Below, in pieces: positions 1 to 8,226 of a DNA stretch of 64,000 nt. Both the position numbers and the translations under genes were made by a program. Origin of the DNA: an uncultured delta proteobacterium (GTDB taxonomy: Bacteria > Myxococcota_A > Polyangia > Polyangiales > B10-G4); the NCBI GenBank assembly GCA_963727445.1, contig CAVSGI010000009.1, forward strand, positions 64,001 to 128,000. Direction: 5' to 3'. Positions within the stretch are counted from its first letter, which is position 1, and every line of letters begins with the position of its first letter. A model generated the notes under the pieces. It saw nothing but the letters and a program-made list of their open reading frames with translations. It was not told where the DNA came from and searched no databases.

Positions 1-436
1 CGTAGTCCTTCACGATCACCGGCCGATCTCCGAACCGACGAGCGGCCTCCACCACCTTCTCGATGTCGACTCCTTCGGGCCCACACGGCACCCAGACGGA
101 CGGGGGCGTTCTCGACGCGATCATGTGGAACGACTCCGGTAGGTGGTGGCAGTGCCGATATTCCTCGGGGGTATTGATCAGCGCGATGCCCCGTTCCTGG
201 AGCGCCCCATGCAACTCGGCGTATCGCTCGGAGGTCAGCATCCAGCCGCGGTACACCGCAGCCCCCTCGGCGGAGATGGCACGAACTGCGCGAGCGCAGC
301 CACCCTCGTCGAGACGGTCCTGGTTGATCAAGGCCGTCTCGAACCCCGCAGCGCGGGCGGCCTCCTCCTGTTCGGCGAAAGCGTCGTCGACCCTGCGCGG
401 CTCGAACATTTGGCTGGGAAACAGGATTGTCGTCAT
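1..436 (-). CDS. ATP-grasp domain protein (R2K/DUF4343-like), 5' part, runs off the window
   Basis: Manual translation from ATG at 436 (ATGA overlap with upstream stop): MTTILFPSQMFEPRRVDDAF...VYRGWMLTSERY...LINTPEEYRHCHHLPESF...PVIVKDY; not in the ORF track because it is open-ended. Confidence 0.75.
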   Translation of the reverse strand, partial: MTTILFPSQMFEPRRVDDAFAEQEEAARAAGFETALINQDRLDEGGCARAVRAISAEGAAVYRGWMLTSERYAELHGALQERGIALINTPEEYRHCHHLPESFHMIASRTPPSVWVPCGPEGVDIEKVVEAARRFGDRPVIVKDY

Positions 437-1512
437 GACGGTCGCCCCTCAGCCTGGGTGACATCGGCAAACGCAGGCTGCGCGCGTCGAACCATGTCGC
501 GTACGAACTCGCCGTACGCCTCCTTCATCGGCAGCTCGATGTCCACCTTCACGCGCCGACGAGTCGCGGTGACCTCTTCGCCCGTCTTCGGGTTGCGCCC
601 CGGCTTCTCGAACGTCTCCCAGTACAAGCCGATGCCGCGCTTCTGCCACGACGGCAGCTCGTTGAAGTTGATCCCGTTCTCGAACAGCAGCTCGTTTCTC
701 GCGGCCACCGACGTCCCGTCGAGCTGCCTGGTGGCCTCTCGATCGGACATTCCCTGACCGCGCAGCAGCCAGTAGCAGTGGCCGCTGAGCGCGTTGCGGT
801 GCGCGTCCTCCTGGCGCCATCGGAAGTAGTCGACGACGTCCTTCTCGGTCGGGAGCTGCGAGATTCGGCAGTCGAACGCGGCCGGAGCACCCAGCTCGTG
901 AGTGAACGTCGCGCTCGCCTCGCCAGCGAGGATCGAGTTGTACTTCCGGAGCTTGCGACCGAAGGTCAGCTCGTCTCGTCGGAAGAGCAGTGAAATCTCA
1001 TCGCTCTGTGTGTAGCCGTAGACCACCCCGAAGCCGCACTCCAACAGGCGCCGCACAGCGGCCACCATGCAGTCGCGGAAGCGCTCGTCGTAGGGCGCCT
1101 CGAAGTCTTGCAGCTCGCGCGTGAGACGGGTGAAGGACCGGCCGTCGATCCGCGGCACCTCGAGCTGGCCGTAGGTGCCCAGCACCCCCTTGTCCGGGAT
1201 GCGGTCGGCGTCGTCCCGCTCGCTGTTCCGTTGGAGCGCCGCCTTGATCTCCGACTGGAAGTAGTAGCCGACGACCCGGAAGCCGGAGTCCCTCGCCGAC
1301 TGGATGTACCGATCGCGGTCCTGTCGGCGGGGATTGGTGTTGTCGACCACGAACGGCTGCCCCGTCCGCAGGCAGGCACCCACGAGCGTCCGCTCGCGAT
1401 TCCGGGTCCGGACCTGGTCCAAGCTGATCCGGACGTGGGATCGGAAGAAGCGCTCCTTGTAGAAGCTCGACTTTCCGGTGGCTTGGATGCCTATGAACAA
1501 GATCGCTTCCAT
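433..1512 (-). CDS. thg1: Fusion of P-loop (AAA_33/polynucleotide kinase-like) domain and Thg1-like tRNA(His) guanylyltransferase / 3'-5' polymerase
   Basis: Walker A GIQATGKS and VVDNTN, then Thg1 motifs RIDGRSF, GYTQSDEISL, FDCR, YFRWRQEDAHRN, WQKRG; start placed at MEAILF (1512). Confidence 0.9.
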   Translation of the reverse strand: MEAILFIGIQATGKSSFYKERFFRSHVRISLDQVRTRNRERTLVGACLRTGQPFVVDNTNPRRQDRDRYIQSARDSGFRVVGYYFQSEIKAALQRNSERDDADRIPDKGVLGTYGQLEVPRIDGRSFTRLTRELQDFEAPYDERFRDCMVAAVRRLLECGFGVVYGYTQSDEISLLFRRDELTFGRKLRKYNSILAGEASATFTHELGAPAAFDCRISQLPTEKDVVDYFRWRQEDAHRNALSGHCYWLLRGQGMSDREATRQLDGTSVAARNELLFENGINFNELPSWQKRGIGLYWETFEKPGRNPKTGEEVTATRRRVKVDIELPMKEAYGEFVRDMVRRAQPAFADVTQAEGRPS

Positions 1513-1524
1513 CGATCGACCATG

Positions 1525-1556
1525 AAAAAAGCCGCCTTCGGATTTCCGAGGCGGCT
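1525..1556 (-). terminator. Intrinsic terminator in the leader of the kinase-Thg1 operon
   Basis: Minus strand AGCCGCCTCGGA-AA-TCCGAAGGCGGC followed by TTTTTT, ending 12 nt before the ATG. Confidence 0.8.
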
Positions 1557-1584
1557 CCCACACAACGCGCAAACGTCGCCGCCC

Positions 1585-1641
1585 CTACGAGACCCCCTCG
1601 TAGGCGTGGTTGCCGGCGACGATGCTGCGGACGTTGTTCAC
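1585..1641 (-). CDS. Putative attenuator leader peptide MNNVRSIVAGNHAYEGVS (18 aa)
   Basis: GTG...TAG, 19 codons, lying between a sigma70-like promoter and the terminator and overlapping alternative hairpins. Confidence 0.55.
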   Translation of the reverse strand: MNNVRSIVAGNHAYEGVS

Positions 1642-1650
1642 GAGATGATC

Positions 1651-1679
1651 AGGTTGGTCACTGAGGAGTGGTCGGTCAA
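1651..1679 (-). promoter_or_regulatory. Sigma70-like promoter TTGACC-N17-CAACCT
   Basis: -35 at 1679-1674, 17 nt spacer, -10 at 1656-1651, 9 nt before the leader GTG. Confidence 0.5.
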
Positions 1680-1733
1680 GTCGGGACGAGTGGCGAACCG
1701 CGTTACCGGGTGCGATCGAGAGAGACTGCTCAT

Positions 1734-1827
1734 GGGGACGCTAGATTGACAATTGACTTTCGCCCCTGCTCCCGAGCGTGACCGCCTCACCGGGCCGGCG
1801 AAAGTCAATTGTCAATCTAGCGTCCCC
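1734..1827. repeat. Perfect 31-bp inverted repeat with 32-nt spacer (REP-pair/REPIN or MITE-like)
   Basis: GGGGACGCTAGATTGACAATTGACTTTCGCC (1734-1764) and its exact reverse complement (1797-1827). Confidence 0.85.
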
Positions 1828-1874
1828 GCGTCCTCCGCTCTTGCGTGCGGCGCCTTCGCCCCACTACACCGTCT

Positions 1875-2132
1875 TCAGAGCTCCTCTCGGAGCATCATGT
1901 CGGCGATGCGGCTCGGGTCGATGGCGAACATGCCGTCCCGGATCGCTTTCTTCAGCGAGGCGACCTTCGCCTCATCGGGCGCCTCTGGAGCGCGAGCCTC
2001 CATCAGGCTGCGCGCCTCCGCCGATACCCGCACCTCTTCGGCGCGCGCGGGGCCGGGCGGCGTGGCGCGATCGCCGTCGGACCGGCGGGCGGCATCGATG
2101 GCGGTGGGGCTCTGAGCGTTGCGGATCTTCAT
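1875..2132 (-). CDS. flgM: Anti-sigma28 factor FlgM
   Basis: 85 aa; EEVRVSAEAR and KVASLKKAIRDGMFAIDPSRIADMM C-terminal pattern; GAGGAG RBS; directly downstream of fliA. Confidence 0.85.
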   Translation of the reverse strand: MKIRNAQSPTAIDAARRSDGDRATPPGPARAEEVRVSAEARSLMEARAPEAPDEAKVASLKKAIRDGMFAIDPSRIADMMLREEL

Positions 2133-2154
2133 GGAGGTCACTCCTCAACCTCTC

Positions 2155-2183
2155 CCATCGGTCGGTCATCCGTCTGCCTTGAG
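2155..2183 (-). promoter_or_regulatory. Putative sigma28 (FliA) promoter of flgM
   Basis: CTCAAG-N15-ACCGATGG; resembles TCAAG-N14-GCCGATA with one extra spacer base; same motif recurs at 15271. Confidence 0.6.
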
Positions 2184-2336
2184 CCGAATTCGTCGAAGAG
2201 CGACGTGCCGGTTCGCCGGGAGAGGGGCACCACCTCCCGGCCTCCTGCACGAGCTCAATGATTTCAACGTGTTCGAAGCCATAGCCGCGTTGCTGCGCGA
2301 TCGCGCTTGAGAGCGCACTGTAGATCCCGTCGGATA

Positions 2337-3071
2337 TCAGCTGGCCCTCCGGGCGATGGTCTGCGCCGTTGGAGCCTCACTCATCATGGCGCGGAGACGC
2401 GCGGCGGTCTCGCCCAGGATCTGGCAGACCCGGCTCTCGGTGACACCGAGGATCTCGCCGATCTCCGCCTGGGTGCACTCCTCCTGGTAGTAGAGCGCCA
2501 GGACCATGCGCTTGCGCTCGGGGAGCGCCTCGATGGCCTCGATGAGGCGGCGGCGAAGCTCCTTGGCCTCGTAGGTCGAGGAGGGGTTGTCCTGGCTCGG
2601 CAGGATGTCGTCCGGGTCGGACTCGGTGGCGGCGCCGAGCGCGGGCCCGCGCGCGAGTGACTCCGAGAGCTTCTGGTAATCCTCGAGCGTCATGCCCAGG
2701 GCCTCGGCCACCTCTTCCTCGCTGGGCTGGCGGCCGAGCTCCTGCGCCAGATTGCGGATGGTCCGCGTCACCTGAGTGAGCCGGCGACGCCCGTGGCGAG
2801 TCATGGCGTCGTAGCGCCGGAGCTCGTCGAGTATCGCGCCGCGCGCCCGCATCTCCACGTACGCCTCGAAGGCGGGGCAGCGGGCCGGATCGTAGGCCTC
2901 GACCGCCTTGAGGAGACCTTCGCTCCCTGCGCCGATGAGGTCGCCTACGTCGACGCTGGCCGGCAGGCGTCGCGCGAGCCGAAACGCCAGGCGTCGGACG
3001 ATCGGCAGCCCGACCTGGATGAGCTCCTCGCGCGAGCGCGGGGGAGTCGGGACTGTCTCTAGGGCTTCCAT
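2337..3071 (-). CDS. fliA: RNA polymerase sigma factor FliA/WhiG (sigma28)
   Basis: DLIGAG..GLLKAVEAYDP, RARGAILDELR, LALYYQEECTQAEIGEILGVTESRVCQI; ATG at 3071 coupled to flhG stop (TGATG). Confidence 0.9.
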   Translation of the reverse strand: MEALETVPTPPRSREELIQVGLPIVRRLAFRLARRLPASVDVGDLIGAGSEGLLKAVEAYDPARCPAFEAYVEMRARGAILDELRRYDAMTRHGRRRLTQVTRTIRNLAQELGRQPSEEEVAEALGMTLEDYQKLSESLARGPALGAATESDPDDILPSQDNPSSTYEAKELRRRLIEAIEALPERKRMVLALYYQEECTQAEIGEILGVTESRVCQILGETAARLRAMMSEAPTAQTIARRAS

Positions 3072-3925
3072 CAGCATACCTCCTCGGCATGGGGGCCGGA
3101 ATTGGCCTGGGTCTCGCGGGCGAGTCGGCCTGCGATTCGTTGGATGGCGAGGGACGCAGCCGTCGACGGATGTCCGACGACCACCGGCTCCCCCGTCCGG
3201 ACGGCGGCGGCGACGCGCGGATCGCGCGGCACTGCGCCGAGAATTTCGAGGTCGAGGTCGAGGAACCTCCGCGCGATGGAGTCGAGACGCTCGTGGAGCT
3301 CGACGCCCTCCTCGTCGGAAGCGACCTGGTTCGAGACGGTGTGGATGCGCTCGACGCCGCCCCGACGGTGCAGCACCTTCACCATCGCGTAGGCATCACG
3401 CAGGCTCGAGGGATCGGGCGTCGTGACGAGCAGCACGTGGGCCGCCCTCGACGCGAAGGCGACGGCGTTGCTACCGATCCCGGCCCCGGTGTCGACGACG
3501 ACGTCATCGAAGTCGTCCCGCACCGTGTCGATCGCCGCGAAGAGCGCCGCGCGCTGCCGAACGTCCAGGTTCGCCATTTCGTAGCGGCCGGGACAGGCCG
3601 CAAGGAGCGAGACACCGAGGCGCGTGTCGTAGAGCGCATGCGCGACCGCGCAGTCGCCGTCGAGCACGTGCATGAGGTTGTGCAGCGGGCGCACGCCGAG
3701 GGCGAGATCGAGGCTGGCGAGGCCGAGATCCGCGTCGATCACCAGGACGCGACGACCCAGGCTCGCTAGCGAAATCGAAAGGTTGGCAGAGATTTGCGTC
3801 TTGCCGACGCCGCCCTTTCCGCTGGTGACCGCGATCACGTTGTGCGCGTACGGCCCAGATGGCACGCGGGTGGAGATGCGGGGTGCAGCACGCAACCCAG
3901 CGGCTCGATCGATCGCTCTCATCAT
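3071..3925 (-). CDS. flhG: MinD/ParA-family ATPase FlhG/FleN
   Basis: TSGKGGVGKT, DADLGLA, DTGAGI, TTPDPSSLRDAYAMVK; located between flhF fragment and fliA. Confidence 0.85.
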   Translation of the reverse strand: MMRAIDRAAGLRAAPRISTRVPSGPYAHNVIAVTSGKGGVGKTQISANLSISLASLGRRVLVIDADLGLASLDLALGVRPLHNLMHVLDGDCAVAHALYDTRLGVSLLAACPGRYEMANLDVRQRAALFAAIDTVRDDFDDVVVDTGAGIGSNAVAFASRAAHVLLVTTPDPSSLRDAYAMVKVLHRRGGVERIHTVSNQVASDEEGVELHERLDSIARRFLDLDLEILGAVPRDPRVAAAVRTGEPVVVGHPSTAASLAIQRIAGRLARETQANSGPHAEEVC

Positions 3926-4212
3926 TCCTCCTCACTGTCGGAGAGGTGCGCTGCCAGCCGCGCGGGGCTCGCAGGCTCGAGGTCTTCAGGGACGCGCTGG
4001 CCAGTGGTGAGCCAGGCGAGTGGGAGGGCGCTCGTCGACTGCGCGGCGACGATCGGCCCAAGACAGAACGCCTCGTCTACCTGGGTGACGACGAGCTTCG
4101 ACGGGCCAAGCACCGACCAGCACTGCAGCGTCGCGTCGAGCTCGAGCTCACGTCGCGCGCGCTCGACGGCGTCGTCGAATCTCCCAGCTCCCAGACTCCA
4201 CTGCTCGCTCAT
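3922..4212 (-). pseudogene. flhF: Truncated FlhF-like ORF (C-terminal part of SRP-type GTPase only)
   Basis: VTQVDE (cf. TKLDE) and LPLAWLTTGQRVPEDL match the FlhF C-terminus; no G1-G3 motifs, and no room upstream for a full gene. Confidence 0.7.
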
Positions 4213-4226
4213 GACCGACGGGACAA

Positions 4227-4243
4227 AGCAACCGCCGTGCCCA
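4227..4243 (-). promoter_or_regulatory. Putative sigma54 -24/-12 promoter for flhF'-flhG-fliA
   Basis: TGGGCACGGCGGTTGCT (GG-N10-GC). Confidence 0.55.
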
Positions 4244-4328
4244 CGTGCCGCGAGCCGTTTTCATCGGGAAAAGCGGCCTATCACCCGCTCTTCTCCCCCG
4301 TGATGCCAAAACCCTGACGCTGTCGAAG

Positions 4329-5730
4329 TCAGTCGTCCGTCGCTTCGAGCTGCTTCTTCTTCAGCTTCTCGAGGAGCGTGGTCCGGTTCATCCGCAACAG
4401 CTCGGCCGCCTGCTTCTTGTTCCACCCGGTCCGCTCGAGAGCCTGGAGGATGAGGGCGTTTTCGAACTCCTCGATGGCGTCCTTGAGGTCGAGCCCGTCC
4501 TCCGGGAGCACCGGACGGGAAGAGCTCCGCTGCGAGCCCCGCTTCGACGCGCGCCTGATGGCCGGAGGAAGGTCCTCCCGGGTCAGGCGACCCTCCCCGC
4601 GCAGGATCACCATGCGTTCGACGATGTTCTCGAGCTGCCGGACGTTGCCCGGCCAGTTGTAGGCCGCGAGCGCGTCCATCACGTCGTCGTCGATCCCCTG
4701 GATCGCGCGGCGGCGGCGCTGGTTCGAGCGGTCTACGAAGGCGCGGACGAGCTCCGGAATGTCCCCTTTGCGCTCCCTCAAGGTCGGGAGCTCGATGGGG
4801 ATCACGTTGAGCCGGTAGATCAGAATCCTCGCGAAACGCGCCCGAGGTCACCATCTCGTCGAGGTCGCGGTTCGTCGCTGCGACCACCCGAACGTCGACC
4901 TTGATGGGGCGATGATCACCCACCGGGGTGACCTCCTTCTCCTGCAGAACGCGGAGCATCTTCGCCTGCAACGACAGCGGAAGCTCGCCGATCTCGTCGA
5001 GGAAGAGCGTGCCTCCGTCTGCGCCTCGGAAGCTCCCGACGCGCGACGATCCGGCCCCGGTGAAGGCCCCTTTGACGTGTCCGAAGAGCTCGCTCTCGAT
5101 GAGGTTCTCCGGGATCGCGGCGCAGTTCACCGTGATGAAGGGGCCCTGGGCGCGGGCGCTGGCGTCGTGAAGGGCGCGTGCCACGAGCTCCTTGCCCGTT
5201 CCGCTCTCGCCCGTGACCAGGATCGAGCAGTCGGTGTCACCCACGCGCTCGATGATCCCGAAGACCCGCATCAGGGCCGGGTCGTGGCCCAATATCCGGG
5301 GCGCATAGCGTCGCCGCCACTCGGCGACCCGACCGGGATCGTCGTCGGGCATCGAAGGCGAGCTGAGAGAGGCATCTTCGATGGCTCGATCGAGGGCCTC
5401 GAAGGAGAAGGGCTTCAGCAGGAAATCCGTGGCGTGGTGTTTGACCGCCCGGATCGCGTGATCGATGTTGTCGTCGCCGGTCATGATCACCACCGGCAGG
5501 TCCTGCGAGCGCTCTGCCGCGCGGGAGGCGACGTCGAAACCGTCACCGTCGGGCAGGTGGACGTCGGTCAGGACGAAGTCGATGGATGGGGAATCTCGAA
5601 GCTGCTCGGTGGCTTCCTCCAACGTGGCGGCCAATTGCACGTCGTACCCCGAACGAGTGAGGTAGCGGCCCACCGCTTTTCTCACCGAGGGGTCGTCGTC
5701 GACGATCAAGACGCACTGCGGCATGGCCAT
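4329..5730 (-). CDS. Sigma54-dependent response regulator (REC-AAA-HTH, NtrC/FleQ/FlrC-like), apparent +1 frameshift at 4823-4827
   Basis: REC domain, [30 protein letters not shown]; removing one base (GATTC->GATC) restores [14 protein letters not shown] and joins ORF 4329..4805 ([10 protein letters not shown], Fis HTH). Confidence 0.88.
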
Positions 5731-5844
5731 GGCACTCTAAACGAACTCGTTGAGCGTGCGGCTACTTTTCTCTGCGCGCTCACGGCGCGACGTCGCCCAT
5801 GACCGGGAACGAACGACCGCTGCTCTCTTGATCCGATCCCGTCC

Positions 5845-5871
5845 TAAAGTCTGGACGCCCACGGCCGTCTT
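5845..5871 (+). promoter_or_regulatory. Putative sigma28 promoter of the HDOD-GGDEF gene
   Basis: TAAAGTCT-N11-GCCGTCTT versus consensus TAAAGTTT-N11-GCCGATAA. Confidence 0.55.
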
Positions 5872-5878
5872 CTCTTGC

Positions 5879-7351
5879 ATGGGAGGAGCCCTCATCAAGC
5901 CCGGCATTGGGCCTCGCGCTCCGATGTCGGTCGCCGCCGCTCGGATCGTGCAGGAAGCGTCGAAGCCCGACGTCGAATTCGCCCGCCTCGCCAGGCTGGT
6001 GCAGTGCGAGCCGGGGATGGCGATGCGCGTCCTGTCCGTCGTCAACAGTCCGCCCTATCACCTGGCGGTCCGGGTGAGTGACGTACAGCAGGCGATCTCC
6101 ATGATCGGGCTGCGGGGCCTGCGCAACATCGCCCTCAGTTTGATGTTGGTGGATGTGATCCCGCCATCAAAGGGTGCGCAGGCACTGCTGAGCAACGCGC
6201 TCAGGCGCGCGGTGGCTTGTCAGCGGATCGGCGCCCGCACGGGTGCAGGGGACGATGGGAGCTACTTCACGACGGGTCTCTTCCTCGAAGCTGGGTACTT
6301 TCTCCACGCCGCCGGGGATCTGAAGTCGACCCTCGAGATCGTTCAGGAGCCGGCGGCCCGTCGAATCGTCCACGAGCGGCGTCTCGGCTGGGAACCTCAC
6401 CCGCGGCTCGGTGCGGAGTTCGCGCTCGAGCTCGCGCTACCGACCTCCATGGCCAACGCGATCGGGCGGCATCACGATGACGAGCCCTCGCCCGAGCCGC
6501 TCGCCCGAGCCGCGTGGCTGGCGGAGCGGATCGCGGCGCTCTTCGAGGGAGACAGGGCGGGGTTGGTGATGCGCGCGACGTGGTCCGCGCGGCGATTGGG
6601 CCTGACGAAGCGCGATGTCGACCAACTGCTCGAGGAGATCCCCGAGGCAGTCGCCGAGATCGCCGAGTCGCTCAGCTGCGAGGTCTCGTCCGCCGACGAG
6701 ATGGATCAGCTCCTCGTGGAGTCTCGTCATGCGTTGGTCGAGCTGAACCAGCAGTACGAGCAACTGGTCCGAACGCTCGAGCGCGTCGTCGCCGAAAAAG
6801 AAGACCTCGCCGAGCGCCTTCGCCACGCCAACCTGCACCTCGAGAGGCTCGCCGTCACGGACCCTCTCACGCTCCTGCCGAACAAACGTGGGCTCGTCGA
6901 CTTTCTGCGCCGGACGATGTCGCGCGCGGCACGCGAGAACACACCCGTCAGTCTGTTGATGGTCGACGTCGATCACTTCAAGTCCTTCAACGACCGCTGG
7001 GGGCATTCCATGGGGGACGAGGTCCTCCGCAAGGTCGCTTCCGTGCTCCAGAGCTCGCTGAGAAGCAGCGACATGGCCGCGCGCTATGGGGGGGAGGAGT
7101 TCACGATCGTCCTGCCGATGGCGGACGCGGCGGGAGCGTTCGAGGTTGCCGATCGGCTGCGGCGGTCGGTGGCGGATGCGCGAGTGGAAGGACCCGAGGG
7201 GCCGCTCTCGATCACCGTGAGCGTGGGTGCGGCGACGGCGCTCGGCCGAGGGCCTGCCGCAATGGAGACGCTCTTCAATCAGGCGGACGAAAAGCTCTAC
7301 CGCGCCAAGCACGCCGGCCGAAATCGCGTCTGCGGCGCCCAGGCGGCCTGA
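5879..7351 (+). CDS. HDOD-coiled coil-GGDEF diguanylate cyclase (start uncertain: 5879 or 5924)
   Basis: HDOD (EPGMAMRVLSVVNSP, QAISMIG, AIGRHH), TDPLTLLPNKR, DVDHFKSFND, I-site RSSD, GGEEF. Confidence 0.9.
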   Translation: MGGALIKPGIGPRAPMSVAAARIVQEASKPDVEFARLARLVQCEPGMAMRVLSVVNSPPYHLAVRVSDVQQAISMIGLRGLRNIALSLMLVDVIPPSKGAQALLSNALRRAVACQRIGARTGAGDDGSYFTTGLFLEAGYFLHAAGDLKSTLEIVQEPAARRIVHERRLGWEPHPRLGAEFALELALPTSMANAIGRHHDDEPSPEPLARAAWLAERIAALFEGDRAGLVMRATWSARRLGLTKRDVDQLLEEIPEAVAEIAESLSCEVSSADEMDQLLVESRHALVELNQQYEQLVRTLERVVAEKEDLAERLRHANLHLERLAVTDPLTLLPNKRGLVDFLRRTMSRAARENTPVSLLMVDVDHFKSFNDRWGHSMGDEVLRKVASVLQSSLRSSDMAARYGGEEFTIVLPMADAAGAFEVADRLRRSVADARVEGPEGPLSITVSVGAATALGRGPAAMETLFNQADEKLYRAKHAGRNRVCGAQAA

Positions 7352-7405
7352 GCCGCTGACCAGGCACTCGATGATCACTGCGCACGGACGATTGAGGGAA
7401 AGGAA

Positions 7406-7984
7406 ATGACGGCCCGCCTCCGCACGACGCTCTTTGCGCTGACGCTCCTCACCCCCGCTGCCGCGCTCGCCGAAGAGGGGGAAGAAGCGCAGCGGGATTT
7501 CTACCTCGACCTCGACGTGTCGATGCTTCAGCTGGATCTCGGTTTCCTCCAGACGAACGACTTCGTCAGCACCTGCGCGCCGGGTGCCTCGTGCGGCTTC
7601 CAGGGGCTGACGGATCTCGCCGTTCGTGGCGGCGCGGCGGTGGGCGTCGGTGGAACCGCCCTCGAGGCGACGATGACCACGCTGGTGGGCGATGGCAGTC
7701 CGCCGCTCGCGGTCTTCTCGGGCGGCGTTCGCTTCGACACCTCCCGCGAGGCCGTCGTGAGCGTTCAGATCCGCCTCGCGTACGTATACCGCTGGGGCCT
7801 GGCAGAGGGGATGGGAGGGCGCGCCGGCCTGGGCTTGGTGATCCACCCGGTTTGGTGGCTGGCCGGCTATGCCGAGGCGTCGGCGGAGATCACCACGGTG
7901 CCCACCGAGATGAACGCCCTCGGCGCGCTCTTCTCCTACACCACCTACCTGGGGGGAGGGCTGCGGCTCTCCTTCGGCACATGA
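7406..7984 (+). CDS. Secreted protein, probable small outer-membrane beta-barrel
   Basis: Signal peptide (AAALA|EE), alternating beta-strand pattern, C-terminal GGGLRLSF; AAGGA RBS. Confidence 0.6.
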   Translation: MTARLRTTLFALTLLTPAAALAEEGEEAQRDFYLDLDVSMLQLDLGFLQTNDFVSTCAPGASCGFQGLTDLAVRGGAAVGVGGTALEATMTTLVGDGSPPLAVFSGGVRFDTSREAVVSVQIRLAYVYRWGLAEGMGGRAGLGLVIHPVWWLAGYAEASAEITTVPTEMNALGALFSYTTYLGGGLRLSFGT

Positions 7985-8009
7985 AACGCGTCAACACGCC
8001 GATGAGTGG

Positions 8010-8025
8010 TGGCCCGCTGCTTGCT
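8010..8025 (+). promoter_or_regulatory. Putative sigma54 promoter (distal)
   Basis: TGGCCCGCTGCTTGCT (GG-N10-GC). Confidence 0.45.
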
Positions 8026-8208
8026 CGGACGTACGTACCATCCGCAAATGGGTGGGCCGCTGCATCCGATCGATGTCGTAGGTAGTCGAACGGTCCGTGC
8101 TCGGGGATGCATGGAAAACCTCGGTGCGGTGTTGGCTAGGCACTACAACGTCGGTTCAATACTACGCATGATGCTCGCGGGGAGGGAGCGTTTCGGTGTG
8201 CGGGGGAC

Positions 8209-8224
8209 CGGCACATCGTTTGCG
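8209..8224 (+). promoter_or_regulatory. Putative sigma54 promoter (proximal) of the hybrid kinase
   Basis: CGGCACATCGTTTGCG (GG-N10-GC). Confidence 0.5.
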
Positions 8225-8226
8225 AG

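Noticed and set aside
4177..4181. GATTC (minus strand) inside the flhF remnant as a sixth frameshift hiding a full FlhF
   Set aside because: The alternative upstream frame hits a stop within about 30 codons, shows no GTPase motifs, and there is no space before the activator gene
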